Shown here: positions 49,980 through 63,017 of the stretch, in pieces
Layout: each line of letters opens with the position of its first letter
How positions within the stretch are numbered: the first letter of the stretch is position 1
DNA from: Azolla caroliniana
Lineage: Eukaryota; Plantae; Polypodiophyta
Reading direction: 5' to 3'
NCBI GenBank assembly: GCA_043228905.1
Contig: JBHGNT010000007.1
Location: 19,902,001-19,966,000, forward strand
DNA: 64,000 bases
The notes under the pieces: generated by a model
Told to the model about the DNA's origin: nothing
What the model saw: only the letters and a program-made list of their open reading frames with translations
The model's database searches: none
Translations under genes and position numbers: made by a program

Positions 49980-50631
49980 TGAAAGGAAAAACACTCGGAA
50001 GAAGAGAAAATTTTGAAGGGGGTGAAAGAGAAAACAAAACTAAAGGAAAAGAAAGAGAGAAACCACAAGAAAAAGCAAAAGCAAAAACAAAAAAGAAAAA
50101 GTAGAATAAACGCAAAAAACAAAAAAGAAAAAGAGAACGAAAATTAAAAAGCAAAAAAAACAAAAAAAAGGGAGAAGAGAAAAAAAGCAAAAAAGAAAAA
50201 AAAGGAGGAGAGGAAAAAAAAAAAAAAAGGAGAACAAAAAAGCAAAAAGCAAAAACAAGGAGAAAGTAAAGACCAAAAGCAAAAAGCAAAAAAAAAAAGA
50301 AGAAGCAAATAAAAGAGGAAGAGAAAAAGAAGCAAAAAAAAAGAAGAAAAATAGACGAAGAAAAAGAGATTCAAAAAGCAAAAAGCAAAAAAGGAGAAGG
50401 GGGGGGGAAAAAGTAAATAAAAGTAAGCAAAAGAGGGGAAGAAAAGCAGGAAAGAGGAAGAAAAGCAAAAAGCAAAAAGCAAGAAAGCAAGAAGCAAGAA
50501 AGCAAAAAGCAAAAAGCAAAAAGCAAAAAGCAAGAGAGGAAGAAGGAAAAAAGGATAAAAAAAGAAAGGAAAATACAAAAGAAAAAAAGAGAGAAAGGAA
50601 GGAAAAAGAGAGGAGGAGAGAAAAGCAAAAA
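49980..50631 (+). repeat. ~650-bp low-complexity A/G-rich tract (GCAAAAA and GAAAA motifs)
   Basis: Almost T-free purine tract on the + strand, ending immediately before tagggttt. Confidence 0.95.
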
Positions 50632-50633
50632 TC

Positions 50634-50641
50634 TAGGGTTT
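50634..50641 (-). promoter_or_regulatory. Telo-box (AAACCCTA) upstream of the NRP gene
   Basis: tagggttt ~200 bp upstream of the ATG at 50836, followed by a CT-rich 5' region. Confidence 0.55.
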
Positions 50642-50835
50642 ACACAGTCCTCCTCCTCCTCCTTCTCCTTCTGTATTCATTTGTTTTTTTTTTCCCTCCT
50701 TTCTCCTCCATCTCTGTTTTCTCTGTCTGATTTCTCTGCATTCCTTCCTCTTCTTCTTCTTCTTCTTCTTCTCCATTCCTTCCTTCCTTCCTTCCTTCCT
50801 TCCTCTCTCTCTCTCTCTCTTCTGCTTTCTCCGCC

Positions 50836-53800
50836 ATGACTGATAAAGGAAAGAAAGCGAAGGTCGAAGAAGACGATGGCTCGGAACAGCTCGACACGGA
50901 ACTCGTCCTTTCCATCCAGAAGCTGCAGGATGTCCAAGACGCACTAGAGAAAGTAAGTGCTCCTCTTCCTCTTCTCTCTGATAAGCTTCCTGTTCGTTTT
51001 TCTCGCCTTCTCTTCAGCTTTTGGTCGCTCAGAACCTCCTGCAGGATATTCATTGTTCAACTTGAGAAAATGAAGTCCTCCTTTTTCTTTTCTTTTTTGG
51101 CTTTTATCTCGCGTTTATTCGATGTGCTGCTCAAATTTTCCGCTGTTTCTCCTGTCTTGTGTGGCATATGTTCTAGAGAAATTAATCTACTTAATTTGTA
51201 AGGCGCTCGTTTGTTGCCTGTTTAATGTACACTACCAACAAGAGAAATGTAGCGCTGTTTCTGTTTGATTCCTTTCCTGATAGTTTTCTTGAAGGAAATG
51301 GAGCTAAAAGGAACGTTTTTATTTCAGTTTCTGATGTCTGATCGCATCCTTTCAATTCGCTTTCTGCTTGATACAGACCACAATAAACGGGAAATAGTGA
51401 TTCTTTCCTCTTTTTAACATTTCCCCCTTGTTCTGTGTAGTTTTGCGTTTTTTTGAAATCTGATCAGGGAAGAAAACTCTTTCTTCTTTCCTCAACGCCT
51501 TCTATTTATTGTTTTGACCATTGCCATTCATTTTGATTCCGTGGAGGCTTCTCCTGTATTTGGGTTTTCTGCTTAGGTTAGGTTTCTAAGCTCATTAGCT
51601 ACAATTATCAGTGAGATTTTAGAGGGTGGTTTCACTTCCATTTTTTATTTGAGGAGAATGAACCTTTGTAAATTGCTCTATCCTTTCACAGATGGTTGCT
51701 TACTTGCTCTTAAGTCGTATTTGAAATTCATTAAAACAATCTCATATCTGACAGAATTCATCAATTCTAATTTTCCCTCCGTGGGTTTGGTTTTTCTCTG
51801 GATGCGAGTTGAGGATCTTGTTTTCTATTTTGTTTATTGATCCACACTAATTGCGTCTTTGATTTTCTTCATTTTTCTTGATGCATCGATAGAAGAGCAT
51901 TTCTTCCGCCACAAAAATTATGAAATGAAACCAAGCAATCACCTTTTTTTTTCTTTTGGTTTCAGTTTCTCTTACATCTTGTATCATCTAAAAAACAACA
52001 TTCTTATCTGCGTTTCTGTAGTTAATTGAACGTCTGTATTCCCGTATGATAGGTGAATGAGGAAGCGAGTGACAAGGTTCTCGAAGTTGAGCAGAAGTAT
52101 AATGAAGTAAGGCGGCCCATATACCATAAGAGGAATGAAATCATCGAAGGAATTGCTGATTTTTGGTTAACTGCCGTAAGCAAAATCATTATAATTTTTG
52201 TCTCTATGTTTATGAACATGTTTCCATACTTTTCCTCTCTTCTTATATTTAGAGTGTTTCAATAGCAAAGCTGTATTTACCTATTCTATACCATAGAATC
52301 TCGAATAAGAGTATCTTAGGTTAACATTAATAATGGTTATTCAAAGTGTAATGCTAGCTGCTGAACTCAATGACTTACTCTTGTGCTTTTACTGGTTGGA
52401 CATTGGTTTGATCTTGATAGTTTCTGAGCCATCCTGCATTATGTGAACTACTTACGGAAGAAGATCAGCAGGTAATGTTTATAGTTTTGTTTTTTCTCTT
52501 GAATTGAGTCTTTGTGAGCTTTTATTGAAGAAATAATATTGAATGAAATCATTTCCAAACGTTTTGTTGCAGGTTTTTAAGTTCCTGCAATCTTTAGATG
52601 TTGAAGATTTCAAGGATGTGAAATCTGGATACAGCATTACATTTGTATGTGGTTCTCTAATATTTCTTGTATGTATTGATTTTGTTTCATTTCTGAAATT
52701 TAAACTCGGATCAATTGTTTTTCCAGACATTTCGTCCAAATCCTTACTTCGAAGATAGTAAGCTTGTTAAGGTTTTCCGCTTTTCTGATGAAGGCACAAC
52801 ATCAATATCAGGCACCCACCCGCGCTGGAAGGAGGGCATGGTATTCTTCTTTTGTCTTCAATGTGTTCTTTGTTGATGCATTCAATGGTGTTTATGCTTC
52901 ATTTGATCTATCTTTGCTGAAAGTATCTAGTAATTTTCTCAGGATTTTACGAATGGTAATGCTCCCACCAAGGATGGGAACAAGAGATCCTTTCTAGAAG
53001 AAAGGTCAGTTTGTGTATTTGGATATTTGTTCCTGAACAACAAAAAGAAGTATAAGATATGACAGTTAATATGTATTCAATGATTTATTTTAATTTCTGA
53101 GTTATGTGGTTGTTATTCATGTGAATAATAAAGACTGATGGTTCAAGTTATTGATAAACTAGATATTAGGGAGTTTAAAATGTGTGCGTAATATGAAAGT
53201 TAATACCTTATCAATGGTTCATTTTTATGTACTGAGTTTTACTGGAGCTGCTCATGTGAATAGAAAAGACTGATGGTTTGATAAGGTTTGTGCAGTTTCT
53301 TCAAATGGTTTAGTGACACAGACCAAAAGGAGTCGTCTGATGGTGTCAATGACGAGGTTACTTTCTTTTACATAGTAGCTTGTTAGTTTATTGCTTTGAT
53401 CTGCATACATTATTGGATTGCTTCATGATCAGTTTAATTGATTTCTGTTTGGACTTTGATTGGACTTGTGGTCTTCCAAATGTTTTAGGTTGCAGAGATA
53501 ATCAAGGAAGACTTGTGGCCAAATCCTCTGAAATATTTCAATAATGTAAGTCTTTAACACATTGCCTTGCTATGTGAATTGTAAGGATTGTAGAAGATGG
53601 GTTTGAGGATTCTTTAAATTTTCTTATCTAATGTCTCAGGAAGCAGATGATGATGAGGATGAGTTTGAGGATGGAGAAGATGAGGATGAAGATGAGGATG
53701 TAGAAGACCAGGTAAACATTGGGCTTCAAATGAAATGAAGAGCCCGACCTAGCTATTCCGTAAATAAATCAGAAGCTTTACATAAATTGCCTGAGTTACT

Positions 53801-53919
53801 GTATATAGTATGTTAAAGCAAGACTCCATGTTGATTAGCAGGGTAATGGTGCTGAGAATGATGGAGAGGATGATGATGAGGACGATGAGGACGATGATGA
53901 GGATGAGGATGATGAATAG
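50836..53919 (+). CDS. NRP: NAP1-related protein (NRP/SET-type histone chaperone), 10 exons
   Basis: Exons 50836-50952, 52053-52175, 52421-52471, 52573-52644, 52727-52840, 52943-53004, 53296-53356, 53489-53545, 53640-53711 and 53842-53919. Motifs [51 protein letters not shown] and an acidic tail. Confidence 0.96.
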
Positions 53920-56096
53920 ACATAATCTTTCATTAACTCTTACTAGTTGTCCTCATGAAACTGGGTTTCTCCTGATGAAATTTGTTCTCTAGGTAGGCTC
54001 CAGTATTGATCATGACATTTTTAGCAGAGGAAGGAAAATGATTTAAATGAACAAATGTGGCAAATGTTTTTGCTTAAAAAGATCTTAAAAAAATTGGGGT
54101 GTTACTTTGGAGAATACTGTCTAGGATGTATATTGAGGCAGTTAGAAATTCAACACAACCTTTTGCTTTTTGTAATGTAATGAGAGGCTGCTATGGGTTA
54201 CTAGCTAATGTAGGTAGCTATGTATTGTGTGCAATTGTACACTTACAACCCTAGACAAAAGGAAAGCTTCATCATCCAAATATTATGGCTGTCTGTAGTT
54301 CGATGAGATGCTCACTGCTTTTCTAGGATTTTTGTTTATGTAGGAGTGTCTCAAAGCGTCTCTTTTTAAGCTTCTTTTTAAGCCTGAGATATTAAACACC
54401 ATTCATTCTTTTTGACTGCTATTTGAGGTCATGAATGAAAATCTTTTACTTTGTATTTACAATCAAGAGTGACATGCTGACTGTTTAATTTTGTAGCTCT
54501 AAATTGGGCAAAAAGACCCCATTTAATCCGAAGTTGTTTCAATGATCTACCACCACCAAGTCCTTGAATTTATCTTCTGGCACAGCATATGTTTTTGAAC
54601 TGATTGGTTTTGTTAATTAGAAGTGTAAGGTGGAATAGCCTTTAGGTGTACATCAGACAAAATATGAGAACACCATTCCCTTTACACGAAGGCCTACATT
54701 AGTAAACATGGTCACTGCAACGTATCCAATAAGGAAAAAGCGTGAAATGAGCTGACGGTCTCTAGCTTTTTGAATTTTTGAAATGTATAAGACTACCCTG
54801 GTCTTATTTACTTAAATGAACTGCATACAACTTGTGATCATCTAATGGTGTGTTATAAGAGCAGGTATGTTACTTCGGGTTAAATTTTGCATGGTAACTC
54901 CTTCCTTTGATCATCTGATATGTATGCCCTAAAAGGTGTACCTGAACTACTTCATTACAATACAGGAGAAATCTCTTCTTTCGATAAGGGCTGTATGTCC
55001 TGATCATCAGTCACTGTAACATGTAAGATTCTGTGCTTTTAAATATTAATTGTGTTATTCGAATGTCAAAAGAATGCACTCCACATCTATTTAAGATGCT
55101 GTAGGTCTCATAATGAGCTCAATTAAGTACATGAAGAATAATTCCCTTATTTCTCATGGTGTGCTTATCATAACTCATTGAATTCCGACAACAAGAATCC
55201 GAAAGAAGCACCTTTCCATAATTCATCAAATTATTTCAGATATGGTAAGATGTCATTTCAAACAATTGTGAAGTTGCTTCTCGATCGAACTTGAAAATCG
55301 GTTTTGAACCTCGAACTTGAATGGAAATATAATGGGCTGGATCGCTGCTGAATCTATATTTGCTTTTCTATAGCCCAGCCAAGCCAATTCATCAATGATG
55401 TCAACACTGATTGGATTCACTGGCTAAATGCTTTAGATTGCAGAGGTTTTGTTCAGCAAACTCTGCAAGTTCAGTAGGTAGGCTCTTGAGGCACACTTGC
55501 CTCTAGGGTTTGGCAGCGCCAGTGTAGACAGTAGTGAAAATGATGGTTCACCATGATCAAGAAGACCACAACAAAAATGTAAAAGCAATGACATTCCAGA
55601 AACTCTCGAGTATGCATGATGGGCAGCCACACAATGTGTCCCAGTGAAACAAACAATAATGTTTGCTGGCTTTTGTATCTTTTATCTTTTCATTTCTATT
55701 GCCATAGTTCACAGCAACAAGAAACTTCTATTAGAAAACATTGTAGATTAAACCTTCTCTGTTGAGCACATTCACTTCTCATTCCACTTCCCACATCAAG
55801 GTAAGAAGCTCAGAGCTTGATTTCTTCTTCTTCTTTTTTGTTTTGCAAGCTTTTGTAACACAAGTAAAGTACCCTTGAGAAGGAAATGGGTGACTAATCT
55901 AAAGCCAGATCTCCCCATGTACATGAGCTTTTTTTTCCCTGGTTTTTTTGAGATGCAAGACAGAGAAACCGAGAAGATCAATGAGCCGAAAGGACAACCA
56001 AAGGAATGCGCATTGAAGAAGTATATGATGCCGGGGATGAGAGAGTGTGATTCACCAGGTTATGGCATTCTCCTAGTACTTGCCATAATCTCCTAG

Positions 56097-56422
56097 TAGG
56101 AATCGGCAACGGCTCGGCTGAAGCCTAAACCGAACCGATTGGCTTAATCGGCTTAGCTAAACTGGTTCCTAAACGGGTTTAGGCTTAACCGGTTTGGTTT
56201 AGGCTTGAGCTCGGTTTGGGATTGCTCAAACTTGTTAAGCCTAAACCAGTTAAGGCTTAATCGGCTTGGCTAAACCGGTTACTAAACGGGTTTAGGCTTA
56301 ACCAGTTAACCTAAACCGGTTCGGTTCAAGTTTGGAAACCTCCAAACCGGTTTGGGCTTAAACGGTTTGGTTTGGACATGGCCAAACCGGTTGAGCCAAA
56401 ACCAAACCGTTGCCGATTCTTA
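56097..56422. mobile_element. Non-autonomous TIR element (hAT-like MITE), 326 bp
   Basis: TIRs taggaatcggcaacgg / ccgttgccgattctta (1 mismatch); dense aaaccg/cggttt subterminal motifs. Flanking 8-mers match only 5/8 (tctcctag vs tatgctaa). Confidence 0.82.
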
Positions 56423-57594
56423 TATGCTAATAGGTGGAGGGAGGTGGTGCCTATGGTGTATCATGAAGCAAATCATAGGGTTGCAAATCATGAGGGCGTG
56501 TGGGATCAAGCCTCAAATATAGTTGACGATCCCAAGGTTCACACCATTTTAGACACATGTGCAAGTACTAGCATCATCAACTAAGAATTTTGTTGGAAGA
56601 AGAGGGGGAGTCCAAAAATGGTCCTCGTAGATATCAAATTGCGTAGGTTTGACAAGTCTACTCAGTGGCCCAAGAGAACTTGGACGGCCATACTTTTGAC
56701 ATCTATGGTTTAGAATATTCCTTACCTTCTTAGTCACCCGATCCGCAAACCAAGTAGCTTGCGCTTCGAGATAACCAACACATGTTTGTGTAAAAGCTAA
56801 TGGCTTGCCATTTTGAGGTTGGACTCACTCCATGTATGCTAATCCACATGGAACATTTGAGGCCATGCCAAAAGTTGGTTGGCTATGACTTCGGTGATGC
56901 CTCAAACTTACCCAAAGAAAAAACTAGAAAAATCCTGAAATTATAGTAAATTTTATCTACAAGGAAAGTAAAGTAGGGAAATGTGGACTTTTCAACACCC
57001 TCATCTCGTTGTGTTGGTTAGGTGGTATCTTCAACACGAGCCCTTTTGCATTAATCATGTAAATAAATTGAGTATTTAATATTGAGAACCCATATATTGA
57101 TACACAATGCACCTACCTAGAACTTGGAAATGGTGGCTCATGGTTGAGCAAGATTGCATATTCGAATGTGTCAGATCTCTCAAGGTACTAATTGTACCTA
57201 TAGGTGGCATTGGAGATGGTGATGGCGTTGATGTGGATGTTGACATCGGAACTAAAAAATGAAGTATGTTTATCCGCAATTGACTTACACACTTATGGAA
57301 CTCCTCACACTAGAGTTTGTAAGAACTCAATCTCCTCTTTATGTTCCTTATTGCTTAGTCGCAACACCCGCATCAGATTTCTTGCAATGAAGAGGAGTGT
57401 TGGAATGGTTATCCATAAATCATCAGATGGCTCCATGTTTACCTAAAATGAATATTAATACTTATGTACATACGCGCACGCGTGTGTTATGTATGTATGA
57501 CTGAATGAGTGTATAAATGTTTGTACATATGAATGTGTATGCATTTGCACCTATGTATGGATCAATGATTGTATGAATCTATGTATGTGTTTGA

Positions 57595-57595
<1 letters not shown>

Positions 57596-57636
<41 letters not shown>
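57596..57636. repeat. (TG)n microsatellite within a GAAT/GTAT low-complexity region
   Basis: Direct read. Confidence 0.95.
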
Positions 57637-57640
<4 letters not shown>

Positions 57641-57813
57641 ATGAATAAATGATTCTATGAATAGATGTATGTGAATGAATGAGCGAATGAGTGCAATGTA
57701 TGAATGAGTGTGTAGTGTATGAATTTGTATGTATATATGAATGAATACATGTATAAATATGAATGAATGAACTGTGAACCTATCTGCAATTTAGGTAAGT
57801 ATGAAAAAAGTAT

Positions 57814-59124
57814 AGAATGTTGGCGACGGTTTATGTCACTGCGACTACAAGATCAGGCGAACATACTCCATGGAATCGGGGGTGGATGGACTATGAGATC
57901 AGAAAACATTAACGCTCTACTGATTAGGGAATCTACTACTCAAAGGACGACAATGGAGAAATGGATAGGCCACAAGGAGGAGGGATCTCTGATCCCGAGA
58001 GGTAGGGGACCATTAGACAGACTCGAAGGCTCTAAATTGTGAGACACTGAGACACCAACACATAATAATGCAATTCAAGTACTTGTGTATACTAGTCATA
58101 AATGGATTGTAGATCTTGATCTGATCAAAGTACAACCCGATTGGCACATATGTATTCATGAAAACACATGGCTACGTAAGGTCAGTTGGGACCCTTTGCA
58201 ATGGACATGGCGTGATCCCTATGCGGGGCAAGGAAGCAAACCCATCCCTTTCTTCCAATTCACAACTAGATTGGGTCGCCACATTCTAGCCGCTCAAACC
58301 GCTCGAGAGCCGGCTGTTGCGAAGGTCCGACACACATTTCAAGTTCCTCCCTCAATAATCACCCAGTTTTGGCAGAAAATCTAGAAACAACAACACGCGA
58401 GGCGAATTACCACGTTCCAATGGCTATTAATACATAAATCCCTACTGGTGGGAGCATGGCAACGTGGGAACCTTAGCTCTCTTAATTGTGTAGAGTGCCC
58501 ACATGTAGTAGAATCAATACGACACACTCTGTGGGACTGCCCAACGTCCCATCGAATATGGCAGGGGTTGGCCGCTTGCTGCAATTATGGCAGGGGTTGG
58601 CCGCTTGTTGCAATTATGCCAGGTGCAAGGCTCAATTAAGTGGGGAAATATATGTTGGTTATCATGGCAGGCCACAATTGGCATATACGAGCATCAGGAG
58701 GAGGGGATGACTTTGATGATAAAAGCACAAGAGGTCTTTTTCTCCTCCAACGGCAATGTCCACTCCACTCCTCTTAATGACAAATCTCAAGAGGTGTTGG
58801 AATTGGTCGGCCCAATAACTCTTTGGATTCTATGGAAACAACGATGTAGACGAGTCTTCTCCAACCAAACCACACATCCAACAAGGTTACTGCAAGAGAT
58901 ATGGAGTGAAATTGTAGCCACTTTGAAGAGCCAATATGATGGCCTTAAGGGCGGCTTCGAGAGAGTTGAAAGACAACGAATAGCCTTCATCCAACAATGG
59001 TCGTCCTCTCCCTTTCTTGAATCAGTGGGCATCCACATAAGATGGAAGTATCGCGTCCCTTGTACATAATCATCTCATTTGTAAAATTTTATAACTAATG
59101 GAAAGAGTTTTTTTTTGGAAAAAA
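57814..59124 (+). mobile_element. 5'-truncated L1-type LINE (zf-RVT and C-terminal region) with 11-bp TSD
   Basis: WLLIHKSL...CVECPHVVESIRHTLWDCP (zf-RVT-like) and ITLWILWKQRCRRVF; A-rich 3' end; TSD gaaaaaagtat at 57803-57813 and 59125-59135. Internal stop and a 29-bp duplication. Confidence 0.87.
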
Positions 59125-62100
59125 GAAAAAAGTATGAATTAATGCCCATATGAATATATCTATGTTATGAATAAATGAATGTGTGTGGAGTGCATGAATG
59201 TTTGTGTGCATGTGGGTATGAATGGATGAATATATGTATGTATACGAATGAATGAACCTATCTCTAGTGTATGTATGTATGAATACATCTTTGTGTATGA
59301 ATAAATGAATGTCGACATTTAGTGATGTGTTTCAATATTGAAACATAACATCAATTGCACAAATTGAGAGAATTAATAATAGAGTGTTGTTACACACACT
59401 ACTACCATGTTTTAAGCATCATTAAGTAATTTTCACTCCGTGCTTATTATCAAGGGTGCGAATCATCATCATGTGAGATGTCCACCACAATCAACTAACC
59501 AACAACATTCCTTACCATTCAAGGTTTGTTTGGCTACATACCCAACCCTTCTTAGATGTTCAATATTAACGATTACAAACACCTCATTTGTTGCACAATG
59601 ACTTAAACAAATTAATCTTGTTGCCTGTTTCGATACATAAAACAATACATACAAATTCCTCAATTACTTGTTTTCTCAACTAACTCCTTTCTTGACTTCC
59701 CTTAATAATAATTAAACACATTCTTAGAGGAATGAATTGTGCTTTGTTGTGCATGTAATTTCTCAAGTGATATCATCATATAGTTCTAGCTCAATGATGG
59801 TCACACGAGTGTTGTCATGATAGTACAATGGTTATTCCGACTTGTTTCAACGATAGGACACATATGGATTTCTTTGGATTTGTATTTTACTATCTTATGT
59901 GTATGTAATACCATCTTATATATCCACGTACAACGCGAATGATGATATTTTGTTTGTTTTGACTGTGCATTGCAAGTGCCAAGGAAATGACAATAATGTT
60001 TTAGCCAAACCTTTTTGGAGTGCAATAGTGATTCATGAGATATAGTTGAGACTCAAGAATGACGCTCTTTATTAAAATCTTTATGGAACATGCCCATTAT
60101 CTGAAATGCCAACAATTTGAATTGAAATGTGTCACACTTATGCGTTTGATGATACTAGAACATCTCTAGTGTCATTATTGTCGCACCAATTGTCAAGGTA
60201 TGGAACTCAATGCATGCAAATAATTAGTTGCTAAATATCTAAAAGAGTAACTTCACCTAAAATTTGGAGACAAAAAATAGACTTTGATTGATTTGAATGG
60301 AGTAAACAAATAAAGGTTGTGTTAACTCTTGAGGGTTTTAAGTCTTAAAACAATAATCTCGCCTAAAACTAGGGTTAAGAGCAAAGGATAAATAAATGTT
60401 GGAAGTAGGGAAGCCATTCTCATTAATTTGAGATGTTTAAACAAACAAACGTGGAGCAAATGCTTGCTTATTATTGTCTCAAAGAATAACCTCACCTAAA
60501 TATTAGATAAAGGTAAGATGTGTGATTGGTTGAGATGGTCAATTATTGGAATTTAAACAACAATATGGGTGTGTTACATCGAGGAGATAGAGAGGTCAAT
60601 CCTATGAAATTAAAAACAATTTAACAAAACGCAATAGCTAACTTAGAAAATTGTCATATTTGTGCAAGCCACTATACAATTGTTTATGGACTTCAAACTC
60701 TCACATACTTCTTTTGAAAAGGTCATTTACATGCATGTATCAATGTGGTTTGGTGTGTGAAAAAAATTGTATTCCCATGCATTTCTTCTCACAAGGTCTC
60801 TATGTGTGCATGTGTGTGAGCATCATGGTCATAAAGATTGTATGCAAACAGTGCAAAGTAGACCTCTCGAAATATTGACATATGCAATGGTTTCATTATC
60901 ACATCATACTTTTCATGAAAGCGAGTTGGAATGTGACAATTTGGAATAATAGATGCGACGTGTCTTGTGTGACATACAAGAAAAGAGTGAGAAATAGATA
61001 ACTGAGAAGAAGGATAGTATGGGATGACATCCACATTTATGTGACATAAAAAAGAGTTGAATTGAAAAACAAGGATAATCGATTCATTGTGGACATGGTC
61101 TTGCATTTGGCCATTGCACATCCATACATTACAAAGGAAGATTGTTTCTACTATTCCAAGAGATGGGCCTAACATGTCTATGAAAATAAATGTTCTTCAA
61201 TGAACTAATGAAGATACGCGAATTGAAGGCATCCAATAAGGTATAGTAGATTTGCGAAAACATAATAATGATTTTCCTATCGCTTTTAGTTTTTGTGTAC
61301 TTTTTGTAGGTAAGTACAAGCCTTAGAAATCCAACATTTGTGTTGATTAATGCTACGTTTTCTCGTGTCATTAGCGACATAATAACCAAACTTGATGTAG
61401 ATAGTCCCAATGTAGCAAGCTAGTTGGAACTTGTTGTCAGAAGCTTCATTTTACGATGTCTTGGATTGATTGATCTTTTCCATTCTTAGTCTAGTTTTTA
61501 AATAGTAGGTCTTGCATGAGATATGATACACTTTCTCCCTCCATACATACATTTTTCATTTGAATATGTGTCCCTTCCCTAGAGATGATTCAGAGCATTT
61601 TGAGACCCTTGTTTTCTTTGGCTTTCTACCCGAAGCATAATTCGGCAGGCCTTCAAAGTTATACACACTCAATAAGACTCTTATATTTGCTCCAAGCATA
61701 GCCCATATTATTTTATCTCCTCCACTCTCGATGTGGCACAAAAACTAGTTGATATTACGTGAGAGCTTCACACATTTCACAATTGAGTTTTTACCACCCT
61801 TCCCTTGTATCAAATTTGGGAGTCTTTAGATACCCCATCTTGTTTTCTTGCTCTTTCTGTTTCTTGGGTTCGTTACAACAAGGTAAAACTTATAACATTT
61901 TTACCATCATTTTTGATGGATCATGTCTAGATAGTAACACATGCTTTCAAAATGCTTTTCAGGAAAAAAAAAGGGACTTGATCAAATCCCTTTTGTATGT
62001 AGCTCTTTTTCGTTTCATTTTTATTTTTAGCATGAACGCCAAGGTTGTAGCAAAGAATGAATGACACATATCAGTGCTAGGTTTGGCAAAGCACCAGATG

Positions 62101-62574
62101 CCTACACACGTTTTAACCAAGAGAGCAATATCCCCCACCTACTGATAGTGAACCATGACCGGAGTAGACTCCATATGTAACTCTCGAGAAAACATATTTA
62201 CACAACCTATGATGCCTATGCACGTAGTAACTATTGGATGAATGTCCCCTCCGTGGAGGAGAGACCTTACTAAACTTTGTATGTGGCTCTTAAAATAGAC
62301 AACGCCTATACATGTGCTTTTTAACCAAAGGAATTGATACGCCCCTCAACGAACCAAGACTTAAGTAGATTCCACATGTAGAGAGCTCTCTTAGGAAACA
62401 CATTTACTCCGTAGATGATGCCTATATTCTTAGGATCATCCATCCTCAATGTTCGAGGCCTTGAGTAGGTTCTAAATGTAGCTCTAGCGGAATCACGCAC
62501 ATATAGAGTAAGGAGCTCAAAAGGTGAACAAACTCATATATACACGATATGGTGCTCCGGAGGAGAGCAAACTC

Positions 62575-62627
62575 ATATATGCATACATACATACAATACA
62601 CAATCACACACACGTGCACATACATAC

Positions 62628-62708
<81 letters not shown>

Positions 62709-62774
62709 CATACATAACATACACATATACACATACATAACATACACATATACATATACATAACATACACATAC

Positions 62775-62830
<56 letters not shown>

Positions 62831-62852
62831 TGTTATACACATACATATACAT
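62575..62852. repeat. (CATATA)n compound microsatellite
   Basis: Direct read. Confidence 0.97.
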
Positions 62853-63017
62853 ATTTAGAAGTACTACACACAACATATGTGTAGCTAAATAGAGCTTATC
62901 TCTATAGTAAAAAGAAGAAGAAGTAGACACACAAACATATACATATGTGTAGCTAAATAGAACTTTATCTCTGTAGTAAAAGAAGGAGGAGGAGGAAGTA
63001 GAAGAGAAGGGAGAGAA

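Noticed and set aside
49883-50628. Long Phe/Leu-rich minus-strand ORFs
   Set aside because: Artefacts of the A-rich tract.
59800-61750. Scattered ORFs suggesting a decayed transposase (likewise 36200-37300)
   Set aside because: No recognisable motifs; cannot be assigned from sequence alone.
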